From Candidatus Omnitrophota bacterium (GTDB lineage Bacteria > Omnitrophota > Gorgyraeia > Gygaellales > JAQTUX01), in contig JAQTUX010000002.1 of NCBI GenBank assembly GCA_028707125.1, forward strand, positions 16,355 to 80,354: a stretch of 64,000 nt of DNA, read 5' to 3'. A program made the translations under genes and the position numbers. Below, piece by piece: positions 49,160-59,538 of this stretch. The notes below the pieces were generated by a model, which worked only from the letters and a program-made list of their open reading frames with translations, searched no databases and was not told the origin of the DNA. Within the stretch, counting starts at the first letter, position 1. Each line of letters starts with the position of its first letter.

Positions 49160-50611
49160 TTACACTTGAATAACCTTGAATTCCTCGAGATGAACGCTGG
49201 GGTCGGGATTGACGGATATGCGGCTGCGGAATGTATTCTGGAGAGCCCTGATCCCTGAACTATCCTCCAATAGCTGGCTGGCTACGGACGGATGCACAAC
49301 GAGATTCAGCTCCTGCCTGACCTTGCCCTTAAGATGTTCTCTTAACGCCCTTACTATTTCAATAGAGACCGTAAGCGCTGACTTGGTCTTCCCCTTGCCC
49401 TTACAATAGGGACAGTCCTGAAAAGTCATCGTTTCAAGGGTCCTATGCACTCTTTCCCTGGTCATCTCCACCAGGCCGAACTTGGAAATACCCAGCACGT
49501 CTGTCTTGGCCTTGTCGCTGCTCAGGTGCCGTTTCAAGACATCTAAAACAGCCCTGCGGTGGCCCTCTTGTTCCATATCTATAAAATCTATGACTATGAT
49601 GCCGGCCAGATCCCTCAACTTAAGCTGCCTGGCTGCCTCCTTTGCCGCCTCACAGTTGACCCTGAATGCCATTTCTTCCGGATTAAGGTGCCTTTTGAAT
49701 CTGCCGCTGTTAACGTCCACAACCACCAATCCTTCGGTGGGCTCTATCACCAGGTATGCCCCGGATTTAAGATAAACCTTCTTGTCGAATATGTCCTTGA
49801 TCTGTTTATCCACTCCCCTGCTTTCAAATAACGGGGCATCCCCCTGATAAAGGGCGATCCTCTTCCTCAGCGACGGAGCAAAGGCCCTGACAAAGCCGTA
49901 GATCCTCCTGAACTCCGCCTTGGAATCGATCGTAAGCCGCTCCACGTCTTCAGTGAAAGAGTCCCTTATAATCCTTAATATTAGGTCGTAGTCCTCGAAC
50001 AGAAGCGCTGGCGCCTGCTTATGCGAACTGACCCTCTTAGTCGTATGCCACTGCTTAAGAAGATAATAAACGTCCTTCTCCAGTTCTTTTTTTGATTTCC
50101 CGCTGGCAGCGGTGCGGATTATGACACCCATGTCTTTGGGCATATTCAGGCCATTCAGTACGCCCCTGAGCCTGCTCCTTTCTTTATCATCGTCAATGCG
50201 CCTGGAGATGCCCCTCGTAGGCGAATTAGGCATAAGCACAAGAAATCTGCCCGGCAGGCCTATGAGGCTTGAGAGCCGGGCGCCCTTTGTCCCAAACGGC
50301 TCCTTTACCACCTGCACTGTGACCTCCTGGCCCTTCTTTAATTCCTGAAGCCGCGCCGGCTCCATCTGTTCCAGAAGGTCATGCGCCTCGATACCCTCCT
50401 GCAGGTATAAAAACCCCTTCTTTGCCAGCCCTATATCCACGAAGGCCGCGTTGATCGAACGTATCACGCGTTCTACCTTGCCCTTATAAATACTGCCTAC
50501 CACCGTCTTGTCCTGCGGCCTCTCAATATAGAATTCATCAAGATGCCCGTCGCTTATGACCGCCACCTGCTTTTCCTGCATATCAACGCTTATCAATATC
50601 TCTTTTCCCAT
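49160..50611 (-). CDS. Ribonuclease G/E family endoribonuclease (catalytic domain only).
   Basis: N-terminal S1 domain, a DNase-I-like region and the Zn-link CPxC motif. Confidence 0.85.
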   Translation of the reverse strand: MGKEILISVDMQEKQVAVISDGHLDEFYIERPQDKTVVGSIYKGKVERVIRSINAAFVDIGLAKKGFLYLQEGIEAHDLLEQMEPARLQELKKGQEVTVQVVKEPFGTKGARLSSLIGLPGRFLVLMPNSPTRGISRRIDDDKERSRLRGVLNGLNMPKDMGVIIRTAASGKSKKELEKDVYYLLKQWHTTKRVSSHKQAPALLFEDYDLILRIIRDSFTEDVERLTIDSKAEFRRIYGFVRAFAPSLRKRIALYQGDAPLFESRGVDKQIKDIFDKKVYLKSGAYLVIEPTEGLVVVDVNSGRFKRHLNPEEMAFRVNCEAAKEAARQLKLRDLAGIIVIDFIDMEQEGHRRAVLDVLKRHLSSDKAKTDVLGISKFGLVEMTRERVHRTLETMTFQDCPYCKGKGKTKSALTVSIEIVRALREHLKGKVRQELNLVVHPSVASQLLEDSSGIRALQNTFRSRISVNPDPSVHLEEFKVIQV

Positions 50612-50622
50612 ACCGTCCTTCC

Positions 50623-50934
50623 TTATTTTCTATTAATGCCGAACACCTCAAGCACGTTTACGCCTTCAGGCAAACACGCGTTGAGTTTTCCCTTGAACTC
50701 ATCAGCGCGTATCGGCTCATTAAGATATATGCTGCATTCTTCGTTATCGCTCTCAAGGCCCAGCCTCAAGGCCCTTTTGAACACGATCTTGGGGCGGGGA
50801 GAAAACCCCTTAGTTAAATAAAGCGGCAGCCCCGCCCGCCTTGCCGCGCGCGCGAACAGCCTGACCAGGTCAAGATGCGAGATATATTTTATCTTTCCCC
50901 TCTTGTAGAATTTGAAATGAGCGATATAAACCAC
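50623..50934 (-). CDS. DUF2344/TIGR03936-type small protein ('radical SAM-linked'), short form.
   Basis: The motif FKRGKIKYISHLDLVRLFARAARRAGLPL ... GFSPRPKI matches the conserved core of that family. Confidence 0.55.
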   Translation of the reverse strand: MVYIAHFKFYKRGKIKYISHLDLVRLFARAARRAGLPLYLTKGFSPRPKIVFKRALRLGLESDNEECSIYLNEPIRADEFKGKLNACLPEGVNVLEVFGINRK

Positions 50935-50952
50935 TTATAAGGCGCGGGTCAT

Positions 50953-52533
50953 TTATCTTTTCTTCTTTTTCTTTTTTCTCTTCCCGTCTATACCGCCGCC
51001 GAACTCTTCTTCCGTAGTACCCAGGCCGTCTTTTAAGGCCGCGATCTTATCTTCGGTAAACTCGCCTTCCTTAACGATCCTGGCGGTTATGAAAATAAGC
51101 AGGTCTATTTTCTCCCAATCATGGGTAGTACGCTGAAACATAAGGCCCAACAGCGGGACATGCCTCAAGAAAGGCACCCCCGAAACTGTCTTGCCCTTTA
51201 CGTCTTTAAGCAGGCCGCCTAAGACAATGGTTTCGCCGTCTTTCATCAACACCCGCGTCTCCGCTTCCCGCGTGTTAATTATGGGATACAGATTTGTCCC
51301 TACGGTCTGGGTATAGGAAGTTATGGCCGGATGCAGGATCATGTTTATATAGCCCTCCTCCCCTATTTGAGGAAGGACATTGAGCTGTATGCCGATATCC
51401 TGATAATAATCAAGGGTCTGGGTAACCGTAAATGATGACTGCGTGCTTTCCTCCGACTTAAGGATCGGGTATTTTGTGCCCACCAGGATAGCCGCCTCCT
51501 GATTACTTAAGGCGAGTATGCGGGGGGCTGAAAGCGTATTGGTATTCACATCCTCTTCCAGCGCGTGCACCATGGCTTCAAACGCGCTGCCGCTAAGCTT
51601 TTTATAAACTAACTGCAAACCGAGATTGAACGGCTCTACGCCGGTAACATCCGTTACCTTCGGGCCGAATGAAGAAGGCGCTACCTGAGACCCAAGGGTG
51701 TGACCGCCGATCTCTGTAATCGCCTGGCCTGTGCTACTTTTGCCGGCGGGTATGCTGGTTATAGTGGAAGAATCAACCCCTGTGCTGCCGGTCCCGAGGT
51801 CCACGCCGAGATCCCTCAATTTATCCTTGCTTACCTCCATTATCCTCGTCTCTATATATACCTGTTTAGGCGCGACATCTATATCGGCGACGATCTCTCT
51901 TATCTTTTCCAGAACAGGCGGGATATCGCTTACTATCAGCACCTTTGAACGCCCTCTTTCCTGTTCCGCTTCTCTGGTCCTTTTGGCAAGCTCTCCCGTG
52001 CCAAACTTCCAGCCGGCCTGGCCTGTCATCTCAAGCACCGTAACCTTGCCGCGCGGCGACAACTGCGGCTCTATGGCCCGCTTGGCATCCTGGGCATCCA
52101 GGAATTTCAGTTTAAACACCTGTGACTGTGTCTGCTGCACCTGCTCCAGTTCAACCTCCTGCTGCTTCATCGCGGTCAATTTCTCTATAGGGGCTACGGT
52201 TATGATATTGCCGTGCGCCTCATAGGCGAAACCGTAATTTTTAAGTATGGTTTCAAGCGCCTTCTTCCACGGCACATCAACCAGCCGTATCGTAACCAGG
52301 CCGATAACCTCGGGTGAAGGCACGATGTTTACCCTGGCCTTGTAAGAAAGTATGCGCAGCACGTCTTTAATATCCGCCTCTTTGAAATCAAGGGTTATCA
52401 GTTCGGCCTCCGCGCCGCCTGCCCGGCTGTCGCCTGAGGCCTCATCCGCCAATAGAAAAGAGGAGCCGTCGTGAACGAATACCGCGAAACAAGATAACGC
52501 CAAGGCGCATAAAAATATCCTAATATTTTTCAT
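50953..52533 (-). CDS. pilQ: Type IV pilus secretin PilQ.
   Basis: Signal peptide, secretin N-domains and a C-terminal secretin domain (VSGVPFLRHVPLLGLMF). The protein ends in KRKKKKKKR. Confidence 0.88.
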   Translation of the reverse strand: MKNIRIFLCALALSCFAVFVHDGSSFLLADEASGDSRAGGAEAELITLDFKEADIKDVLRILSYKARVNIVPSPEVIGLVTIRLVDVPWKKALETILKNYGFAYEAHGNIITVAPIEKLTAMKQQEVELEQVQQTQSQVFKLKFLDAQDAKRAIEPQLSPRGKVTVLEMTGQAGWKFGTGELAKRTREAEQERGRSKVLIVSDIPPVLEKIREIVADIDVAPKQVYIETRIMEVSKDKLRDLGVDLGTGSTGVDSSTITSIPAGKSSTGQAITEIGGHTLGSQVAPSSFGPKVTDVTGVEPFNLGLQLVYKKLSGSAFEAMVHALEEDVNTNTLSAPRILALSNQEAAILVGTKYPILKSEESTQSSFTVTQTLDYYQDIGIQLNVLPQIGEEGYINMILHPAITSYTQTVGTNLYPIINTREAETRVLMKDGETIVLGGLLKDVKGKTVSGVPFLRHVPLLGLMFQRTTHDWEKIDLLIFITARIVKEGEFTEDKIAALKDGLGTTEEEFGGGIDGKRKKKKKKR

Positions 52534-52882
52534 TGACTCCCCCTGTATTCAAACCGACCTCCAGGATCTCGCCTTCTTTTATTAAGAAAACCCTGTCTTT
52601 CTCGATCTTGAACACCTCGCAGCCGTTTATTACGTCGCCTTTCTTCACTACCTTCCCGTTTATAATGGCGAGGGAATTCCCTTCCCTGTCATATATTATG
52701 CCCTCTAACTTAACTTCGGAATCTTCGCCGTACGGCTCAAGCTTAAGAAGCGCCCCCTCAGGGGTCACCAGGGGGATAAACGGGTCTCTTTTCCGTCCGC
52801 TTTCATAAACAAACTCTTCTTCCGCGGCAATAGCGCTGAACGCGAACAACAGGCAGATCAAGGCTGTCTTTACGCCCCTCAT
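52520..52882 (-). CDS. pilP: Pilus assembly protein PilP-like.
   Basis: Small secreted protein directly upstream of the secretin, with the PilP-like beta-domain pattern. Confidence 0.65.
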   Translation of the reverse strand: MRGVKTALICLLFAFSAIAAEEEFVYESGRKRDPFIPLVTPEGALLKLEPYGEDSEVKLEGIIYDREGNSLAIINGKVVKKGDVINGCEVFKIEKDRVFLIKEGEILEVGLNTGGVNEKY

Positions 52883-52883
52883 T

Positions 52884-53504
52884 TTATTTTCCTATAAAAT
52901 ACGCCAGCAATACCATATCTATATCGTGATCCGGGTAACCGCTTCCTCTATGGACTATGGAAATACCGTCCACCGCCATAAAAACAGGGAACAGTTCGAT
53001 CTTGTTTATAAATTTACCCAGCTCATGGAACCCCGATCTCGCCGAAATAATGATCTTTATGTCGAAGAATTTGGAAAGCAGCGTAGTGGCTGCGGGCTTA
53101 TTCTGTTCATTTTTAACCGACCTTATCTGCAGTATCTTGACGCCGGCACCCTCCGCCATCTTTGAAACCTCCTCTATTAATACCGGTATCTCCTCCTCGC
53201 TGATAACCTTCCGCAGCAGGTCTTCCGATCTCTCCGGAGAGCCGGCAGGCCCGGCCTTATATTTTTCCAGCTCAGTTATATCCCTGCGCGCGTTAATTAT
53301 GTCGGACCTTAATTTCCTGAGATTGGAGTTTACCCCGGAGAGCCGGCTTATTTGAGGCTTAAGCGCCAAATTAGCATCCAAAAGCAGTATCGCCAACGCG
53401 GCCGCGCAGGTCAAAATGAGTTTTTTCCTGGCCGCTGTTAATCGCGCGATGACATCATTTCTTCGCATCCGCTTCTCCCGAGATAACGAATTCCGACGCC
53501 TCAA
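52884..53504 (-). CDS. pilO: Type IV pilus biogenesis protein PilO-like.
   Basis: Bitopic protein: N-terminal TM, a coiled coil and a periplasmic domain. Operon order MNOPQ. Confidence 0.7.
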   Translation of the reverse strand: MRRRNSLSREKRMRRNDVIARLTAARKKLILTCAAALAILLLDANLALKPQISRLSGVNSNLRKLRSDIINARRDITELEKYKAGPAGSPERSEDLLRKVISEEEIPVLIEEVSKMAEGAGVKILQIRSVKNEQNKPAATTLLSKFFDIKIIISARSGFHELGKFINKIELFPVFMAVDGISIVHRGSGYPDHDIDMVLLAYFIGK

Positions 53505-54027
53505 AACCCTTTATTTCTTTTTTAGTAATGGAATCCAGCTCCAGCGCGGATAGCCCCTCGGAAAAATAGCGGTCGCCGGCAAGCTGGTTGAGGAATGCCC
53601 TTATGAGGCCGGCATCCTGACCTTTTTCAGAGATCACATTTCCGATCAGGTTTAATTTGCCGTCGTTGAATACAAGATTAGTCAGCCACATTCCGCGGGG
53701 CAGGTACTCGCTTACTTTACTCAGCTTCCTTGCCCAGATCAATCTGCTTGCCGTAAGCTGCCTTATCGTATTTCTGTTCGCTTCCGCGTCCCTTATATCG
53801 GTCCTTAATATATCCGCCTTTTCCATCTGCGGCTTCAAATCGCTAAAGGCCGCCCAGTATTGCCTGTATTGGACATTCTTAAAAATAAGCGCCGCCCATA
53901 ATATAAAATTCAAAGACACCGCCGCGGCAATGGCCGCGTAGCATACTGTCACAATAAGATTATCGGGCAGACCAAAGCCCTTCTTCGCCCTCTCCGATTC
54001 CTCAGGCAGCAGGTCGATCTTGATCAT
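53455..54027 (-). CDS. pilN: Type IV pilus biogenesis protein PilN-like.
   Basis: Bitopic protein with a conserved N-terminal segment (MIKIDLLPEE) that in PilN binds PilM. Confidence 0.7.
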   Translation of the reverse strand: MIKIDLLPEESERAKKGFGLPDNLIVTVCYAAIAAAVSLNFILWAALIFKNVQYRQYWAAFSDLKPQMEKADILRTDIRDAEANRNTIRQLTASRLIWARKLSKVSEYLPRGMWLTNLVFNDGKLNLIGNVISEKGQDAGLIRAFLNQLAGDRYFSEGLSALELDSITKKEIKGFEASEFVISGEADAKK

Positions 54028-55043
54028 CCTATGGCCAACCCCACGGCAACCGCCAATTTATGTTTATGCTTATTGATCGCGTTTAAATCAAGCGCGGGAT
54101 CGAGTTCCATGTTGATCAACGGATCCCAACGCGCGAATTCAATACCTGCCGCCTGCCCCAGCGATACATCAAGGCCTGTAAATTCGCTCCCTCCGCCGCT
54201 GAGAAAAACCTTCTCTACGCCCGCGGCGCTATGGCTTTCAAAATAATCAAAAGAAGCCCTTATCTCATTAGCCAGGTTGTTTATTGCCGGTTCGCACGCG
54301 GCCTTTACTGATGACATTTTTTCCGCGGGATCGGCCTTTAATTCTTCCGAACTCTGAAGATCGATCCCTAAGGAAGAGCCTATCTTCTCCGTAAGCACAT
54401 TGCCGCCCCAGGAGATCTCCCTGTTAAAAACCGGCACGCTGCCTTCAAGGATATTCAAGCTGGAAACAGAGGCCCCGATATTGAGCAGGGCGCATACCCT
54501 GCATTTATAGTCCTTTTGAAATTTAATAAACCGTTCCGTAAACGCGTTGATAAGCGCGATGGAATCTATGCCGACTGAATTTATCTCCAACCCGCTGCCG
54601 CGGATCACCTTGATCTTCTCCGTCAGGAAGGCCTTTTTTACGGCGGCAAGCAAAACCAGCATCTTTTTCTCCGGCAGATCGTTCTTAAGTATCGCCGCGT
54701 CTATTATACATTCAGATATGGAAAACGGGATATGTTTTTCCGCCTCAAAGTTTAAGGCGCTCTTGAGTTCAGAAGGGCTCATGCCGGGCATAATGACATA
54801 ACGGCTGATAACGGCGCTGCCTGAAAAAGATATATTCACGGCGATCCCCGCGATATCGTTTTTCCTGACCATATCCGATAAGGCGCCGGGGATATCCACG
54901 CAGGGGACGACAACGCAGCGCCTTAACGCTGCCGCGCCCTCTCTTTTCTCCAACGACAGGAATTTTATATTGCCTGTGCCGATATCAAGGGCGTAAGAGG
55001 CGTCCTGTTTCGCGAAAAGGCGTTTAAAGAAATAATTCCTCAT
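54024..55043 (-). CDS. pilM: Type IV pilus assembly ATPase-fold protein PilM.
   Basis: Actin/FtsA-like fold (ALDIGTGNIKF ... GGGSEFTGL). Confidence 0.85.
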   Translation of the reverse strand: MRNYFFKRLFAKQDASYALDIGTGNIKFLSLEKREGAAALRRCVVVPCVDIPGALSDMVRKNDIAGIAVNISFSGSAVISRYVIMPGMSPSELKSALNFEAEKHIPFSISECIIDAAILKNDLPEKKMLVLLAAVKKAFLTEKIKVIRGSGLEINSVGIDSIALINAFTERFIKFQKDYKCRVCALLNIGASVSSLNILEGSVPVFNREISWGGNVLTEKIGSSLGIDLQSSEELKADPAEKMSSVKAACEPAINNLANEIRASFDYFESHSAAGVEKVFLSGGGSEFTGLDVSLGQAAGIEFARWDPLINMELDPALDLNAINKHKHKLAVAVGLAIG

Positions 55044-55045
55044 CC

Positions 55046-55074
55046 TTAAAAAAAATGCCTCTTTTTTCCAGAGG
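55046..55074 (-). terminator. Intrinsic terminator between the pilin gene and pilM.
   Basis: Stem gcctct/agaggc, followed by a T8 run on the minus strand. Confidence 0.65.
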
Positions 55075-55196
55075 CAACTGCCATATCCGGGCTCAATTTA
55101 TGGCCATTTCTCTATAATACATCAATTTTATTTTGCGAATGCCCCGGTCATCCTTTTTCAGGATAACCGGGACATTCTTAAACGTAGCAGTAAATA

Positions 55197-55613
55197 TTAA
55201 CCGGCTGCGCAAGCGGCTTCCGTCAACACGCCGCCTGTGGTGATCGTATAGGTCTTTGTTCCGGTAGTACCGCAAGTTCCAGGCGTGGCAGTGCAGGAAT
55301 AACCCGTAGCAGCCAAAGTGCCGCAGGCATAGGTATACCCCTGATAAGGCCCGCCGGTCGTATAATCCTTACCCATATAACTGGGGGTTACGCCTACCAG
55401 ATCAGCGGCTATGTTATCGGGATAATTTCCGTTATTAGATACCGCGTATGTCTCGCAGGCAGTAGAAAGCGTCCGCAATGTTGCCTGGGCCGCAGCCTCG
55501 TTGGCAGTAACCCTCGCCCTCAACAGGTTGGGTATGGCTATGGCCGCCAGAAGCGCGATAATGGCCACTACAATCATGATCTCCACCAATGTAAAACCTT
55601 TTCTCATTTTCAT
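55197..55613 (-). CDS. Type IVa pilin (major pilin candidate).
   Basis: Class III leader MKMRKG|FTLVEIMIVVAIIALLAAIAIP with Glu at +5. The C-terminus is rich in Thr, Gly and Cys. Confidence 0.88.
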   Translation of the reverse strand: MKMRKGFTLVEIMIVVAIIALLAAIAIPNLLRARVTANEAAAQATLRTLSTACETYAVSNNGNYPDNIAADLVGVTPSYMGKDYTTGGPYQGYTYACGTLAATGYSCTATPGTCGTTGTKTYTITTGGVLTEAACAAG

Positions 55614-55679
55614 TCTACCTCCTCTCTAAGGTAAGATTAGGCCGTGCGCCACCCTCATTGTTAACAATATATCATATCT

Positions 55680-56609
55680 TTAATATTTTTCAAGTGTCTT
55701 TTTTAAACCCTCGCGCAATCCTATTCCGGGTTTCCATCCTAATTTCTTTTTAGCCAGCGATATATCCGGACGGCGCTGCCTGGGGTCATCCTCAGGCAGC
55801 TTCTTAAATATGATCTTGCTGCTGCTGCCGGTGATCTTTACTATACATTTCGCGAGGTCATATATTGTATATTCGGCCGGGTTCCCAAGGTTTACAGGGC
55901 AGTTTAAACCTGAAAGCAGCAACTTGTAAATCCCGTTTATGAGGTCGCTTATATAACAGAAAGACCGCGTCTGGCGGCCGTTCCCATAAACAGTGATCGG
56001 CTTGCCGGAAAATGCCTGAGAAAGAAAATTAGGAATGGCCCTGCCGTCGTTCTCTCTCATTCTGGGGCCGTAAGTATTGAATATCCTGACTATCCTTGTA
56101 TCTATCTTGTGAACCCGGTTATAGGCCATTGTGATCGCCTCCGCGAAACGCTTTGCTTCATCGTAACAGCCGCGAACGCCTATAGGATTCACATGGCCCC
56201 AGTATCCCTCTCTTTGCGGATGGACCTGCGGGTCGCCATATATCTCACTGGTGGACGCCAGCATAAATGTTGCTCTTTTCTCCTTCGCCAGGCCTAAAGC
56301 GTTATGCGTTCCCAAAGAACCGACTTTTAATGTTTGAATGGGAAACTTCAGATAATCTATGGGGCTGGCGGGAGAAGCAAAGTGCAGTATATAATCAATC
56401 TTGCCCTTTATATTTATATATTTAGCGACATCATGCCTGACAAATCTGAATGAAGCGTTATTCTTGAGATGACTTATGTTGTCGGGGCTGCCCGTAATGA
56501 GATTATCAAGGCAGATCACGCGAAAACCCTTATTAAGCAAGAAATCGCACAGATGCGAACCGATGAAACCGGCGCCTCCGGTTATCAATGCTGTTTTTCT
56601 TCGAACCAT
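55680..56609 (-). CDS. UDP-glucuronate decarboxylase (UDP-xylose synthase) family SDR.
   Basis: [14 protein letters not shown], YxxxK and UXS-like length and motifs. Confidence 0.8.
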   Translation of the reverse strand: MVRRKTALITGGAGFIGSHLCDFLLNKGFRVICLDNLITGSPDNISHLKNNASFRFVRHDVAKYINIKGKIDYILHFASPASPIDYLKFPIQTLKVGSLGTHNALGLAKEKRATFMLASTSEIYGDPQVHPQREGYWGHVNPIGVRGCYDEAKRFAEAITMAYNRVHKIDTRIVRIFNTYGPRMRENDGRAIPNFLSQAFSGKPITVYGNGRQTRSFCYISDLINGIYKLLLSGLNCPVNLGNPAEYTIYDLAKCIVKITGSSSKIIFKKLPEDDPRQRRPDISLAKKKLGWKPGIGLREGLKKTLEKY

Positions 56610-57529
56610 TCTATCGTCTTCTTTAATCCGTTTTTAAAATCGGTTTTCGTCTTATATCCCAGCTCTTTCTCGATCCGCGAGACATCCGCCAGCGTCCTGC
56701 GCACATCTCCCTTGCGCGGGGGCTTGAAATCAGGATCGGCCCTTTTTCCCATTATCCGGCATATTGACTCTAAAAGCTCCAATACCGTATGGTCCCGGCC
56801 TGCCGCCACATTATAGACATTGCCGGCGCCGTTTTTTGAACGCGCCGCCAGGATATTGGCCTCCACAACGTTATCCACGAAAGTAAAGTCCCTCGACTGT
56901 TTACCATCTCCGTAAACCGGGGGCATCCTTCCTTCCATGACGGATGTTATGAATTTGGGCACAACAACGGCATAATCGTCATCCAGTGACTGCCTGGGCC
57001 CGAACACGTTAAAGTACCGCAGGATAAAGGCCTTCAGCCCGTAAAACCTCGTAAATATCCTGCAGTAATATTCTCCGGCGAGCTTGCTCAACGCGTAAGG
57101 CGAGATAGGCGAAGGCGGCGCGTCTTCTTTCTCGGGAAAGGCATCCGTATCTCCGTAAACAGAACTGGAAGAGGCAAATACGAAACTCTTCGCGTTATTC
57201 TCTACGGCCGCTTCAAGCATGTTCAGCGTGCCGCCTATATTAACTTTATCATATTCATGCGGCTGTTCAAATGACCTGGGCACGCTCCTTAGCGCCGCCT
57301 GATGCAATATGTAATCCGTGGACTGAACCGCCTTACGGCAAGTATCCCTGTCGCGGATATCGCCTTCTATTATCTCAAGGTTGGCGCCTTTCAGATGAGA
57401 CAGGTTACCTCTGCTGCCGGAAGAGAAATTATCCAGCACCCTGACGTAATTACCTTCCCTGATCAACCTTTCGGTTATATGTGAGCCGATAAAACCGGCT
57501 CCGCCGGTTATAAGATATCTTTCCATCAC
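56585..57529 (-). CDS. NAD-dependent nucleotide-sugar 4-epimerase (WbpP/GalE-like).
   Basis: [11 protein letters not shown] Rossmann motif and SSSVYGD, with YxxxK. Confidence 0.8.
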   Translation of the reverse strand: MMERYLITGGAGFIGSHITERLIREGNYVRVLDNFSSGSRGNLSHLKGANLEIIEGDIRDRDTCRKAVQSTDYILHQAALRSVPRSFEQPHEYDKVNIGGTLNMLEAAVENNAKSFVFASSSSVYGDTDAFPEKEDAPPSPISPYALSKLAGEYYCRIFTRFYGLKAFILRYFNVFGPRQSLDDDYAVVVPKFITSVMEGRMPPVYGDGKQSRDFTFVDNVVEANILAARSKNGAGNVYNVAAGRDHTVLELLESICRIMGKRADPDFKPPRKGDVRRTLADVSRIEKELGYKTKTDFKNGLKKTIEWFEEKQH

Positions 57530-57532
57530 CCG

Positions 57533-58279
57533 CTACCTCTTTAAGGCCCGCCCCCGATGCAGTTCATCCTGGATAAGAAGTTTTTCCAGCCAGACATACA
57601 GCACCGTAAAAAGATATTTCCTGCTTAACGCCCTGATGCTCAGTTTTGACAAGCCGCTTTTCCTGCCGTACCAGTTGATCGGTATCTGCGCGAAGGAAAA
57701 ACCCCTTACTATCGCCTTTAACGGCATCTCTACCGTTATGTTAAAATGCTGCGCCTGAAGCGGCTGTATCGCGTTTACCACATCGGCCCTATAGAGCTTA
57801 AAGGCGTTCGTAATATCATTTTCCTTCAATAAAAATAATGCCTGCACAAAAGTATTTGCCAGGCGATTGATCATAAGTTTCAGCAGCGGGTAATCCTTCA
57901 CAACGCTGCCTTTCACGAACCTGGAACCGAATACGCAGTCATAACCTTCTTCCAGTTTTCGGAAACAGCGCACAATATCTTTCGGGTCATCCGACTGGTC
58001 CCCCATAACTACCGCGACAGCATCGCCGGTTGTATGCGACAACCCTTCCCTGAGCGCCCTGCCGAAACCGGATGGCTGTTGACGATTGACGGGTTTTATA
58101 CGCGGATTAACTCCGGCCAGCCCCTCTATGATATCACGCGTGCCGTCGGTACTGTTATCGTTAACGCAAACGATCTCGTAATCTATGCCCGCGCGGCTCA
58201 ATTCAGACGCGACATCCTCTATGGCCTGCCTGATACACCCTTGCTCATTATGCGCCGGTATTACCACGGACAGCTTCAC
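57533..58279 (-). CDS. GT2 polyprenol-phosphate glycosyltransferase (DPM1/ArnC-like).
   Basis: LSVVIPAHNE ... DxD (MGDQSDD), with a C-terminal amphipathic or TM tail. Confidence 0.75.
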   Translation of the reverse strand: MKLSVVIPAHNEQGCIRQAIEDVASELSRAGIDYEIVCVNDNSTDGTRDIIEGLAGVNPRIKPVNRQQPSGFGRALREGLSHTTGDAVAVVMGDQSDDPKDIVRCFRKLEEGYDCVFGSRFVKGSVVKDYPLLKLMINRLANTFVQALFLLKENDITNAFKLYRADVVNAIQPLQAQHFNITVEMPLKAIVRGFSFAQIPINWYGRKSGLSKLSIRALSRKYLFTVLYVWLEKLLIQDELHRGRALKR

Positions 58280-59538
58280 TTTAGCCCGCCCTCTGCTGTA
58301 TCAGCCGGCAAGAGCTGGCTGCCCTTTATTATGACCGCCGCGCCCAGCGCGAGATCGAACCAAAAGAACATCCCCAGGTTCAAATTATACAGGCTGGTAT
58401 CAAAGAGCATATGCCCGCAAAATACTATGGCGGCCGATACGCTGGCCAGGGATGTATACCAATATACATCCCTCCTGCCTTTCTTTAAAAATCTGATACC
58501 GTAGTAGAAAAAAACAAGCAATATTAACAGGAACGACGCCAACCCTATAACCCCTGTTTCAGCTGCTATCTGCAGGTAGCAATTATGCGCGTAGGGTATA
58601 CCGTGGCCGTAGGGATAATCCACAAATCTCCTGAAATTGAACATGAAAGTACCCAGGCCAATACCCATCCACGGCTTGGACAGGATCATCTTAAGGCACC
58701 CCTGCCAGATCAGGCGCCTGTCCATACTGCCGGCATCGGTCAATTCAAACATGCCTTTCAGGCGCGCCTGCAAATAGGTATTGCCGGAAAGGAAGAATGC
58801 CGCGGTGCCTACTATAAGCACCAAGACAAGAAAGACAGCCAGATACCTCAGCCATAAGCTCATAAATAATATTGAAATAAGCGAAACAAGCCATGAGCCG
58901 CGGGAAACGGTAAGCATTAAACAGGAAAACAGGAGCACGAACAGGGCCAATACCGAGGCGCGGGCAAACCTGCGGCGGAAGAAAGCGAAGGCGGAGATCA
59001 CAAAAGGAATGACCATGGCCAGATAGCAGCCAAAATCATTAGGCGTATAGAATGACGCTGTGATCCTGGGTATGTCCCACCATTTACGGCAGCGGATGAA
59101 GTCCTTGTGAGTAAAATGCTGATATATACCGTCTATTCCCAAAAGGGCGGCGGATACGAACAGGATATAAAATACATTCCTGACCCTGCGTTGATTATTC
59201 AGGGTTTCCACTACGGCAAAGAAAAATAATATATTCTGTAAAAGCTTATATGAAAAGGTGTGCGCGCTGATTATCAGGTTGCTGCTAAGGAAAACCGACA
59301 GGAAACAAATAGCCAGGTAGGCAAAGATCGCGTAATTCATATAGGTATCCGGCAGCAGGCTGCGCTGCAGGATCTTTTTGAAGACATATAACGCTATTGC
59401 CAGAATACTTGCCGTCTCTATAATGGCGGTGGATATCGGCAAAAAATATACGACTATGTAGATCAGAACAAGGATAGCCCTATCCAGAAAACCTATGGCC
59501 TTATCTCTTTCAAAACGCATCCGCGCCTGCCTTATCAA
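58276..59538 (-). CDS. O-antigen ligase/polymerase-like membrane protein (Wzy_C family), second copy.
   Basis: About 11 TM helices and a periplasmic loop with the conserved Arg/His pattern. Confidence 0.65.
   Translation of the reverse strand: MIRQARMRFERDKAIGFLDRAILVLIYIVVYFLPISTAIIETASILAIALYVFKKILQRSLLPDTYMNYAIFAYLAICFLSVFLSSNLIISAHTFSYKLLQNILFFFAVVETLNNQRRVRNVFYILFVSAALLGIDGIYQHFTHKDFIRCRKWWDIPRITASFYTPNDFGCYLAMVIPFVISAFAFFRRRFARASVLALFVLLFSCLMLTVSRGSWLVSLISILFMSLWLRYLAVFLVLVLIVGTAAFFLSGNTYLQARLKGMFELTDAGSMDRRLIWQGCLKMILSKPWMGIGLGTFMFNFRRFVDYPYGHGIPYAHNCYLQIAAETGVIGLASFLLILLVFFYYGIRFLKKGRRDVYWYTSLASVSAAIVFCGHMLFDTSLYNLNLGMFFWFDLALGAAVIIKGSQLLPADTAEGGLK

Noticed and set aside
55093-55275. 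60-aa minus-strand ORF overlapping the 3' end of the pilin gene.
   Set aside because: It is an overlapping alternative frame of a well-supported pilin CDS, and its Arg-rich composition is typical of out-of-frame translation.
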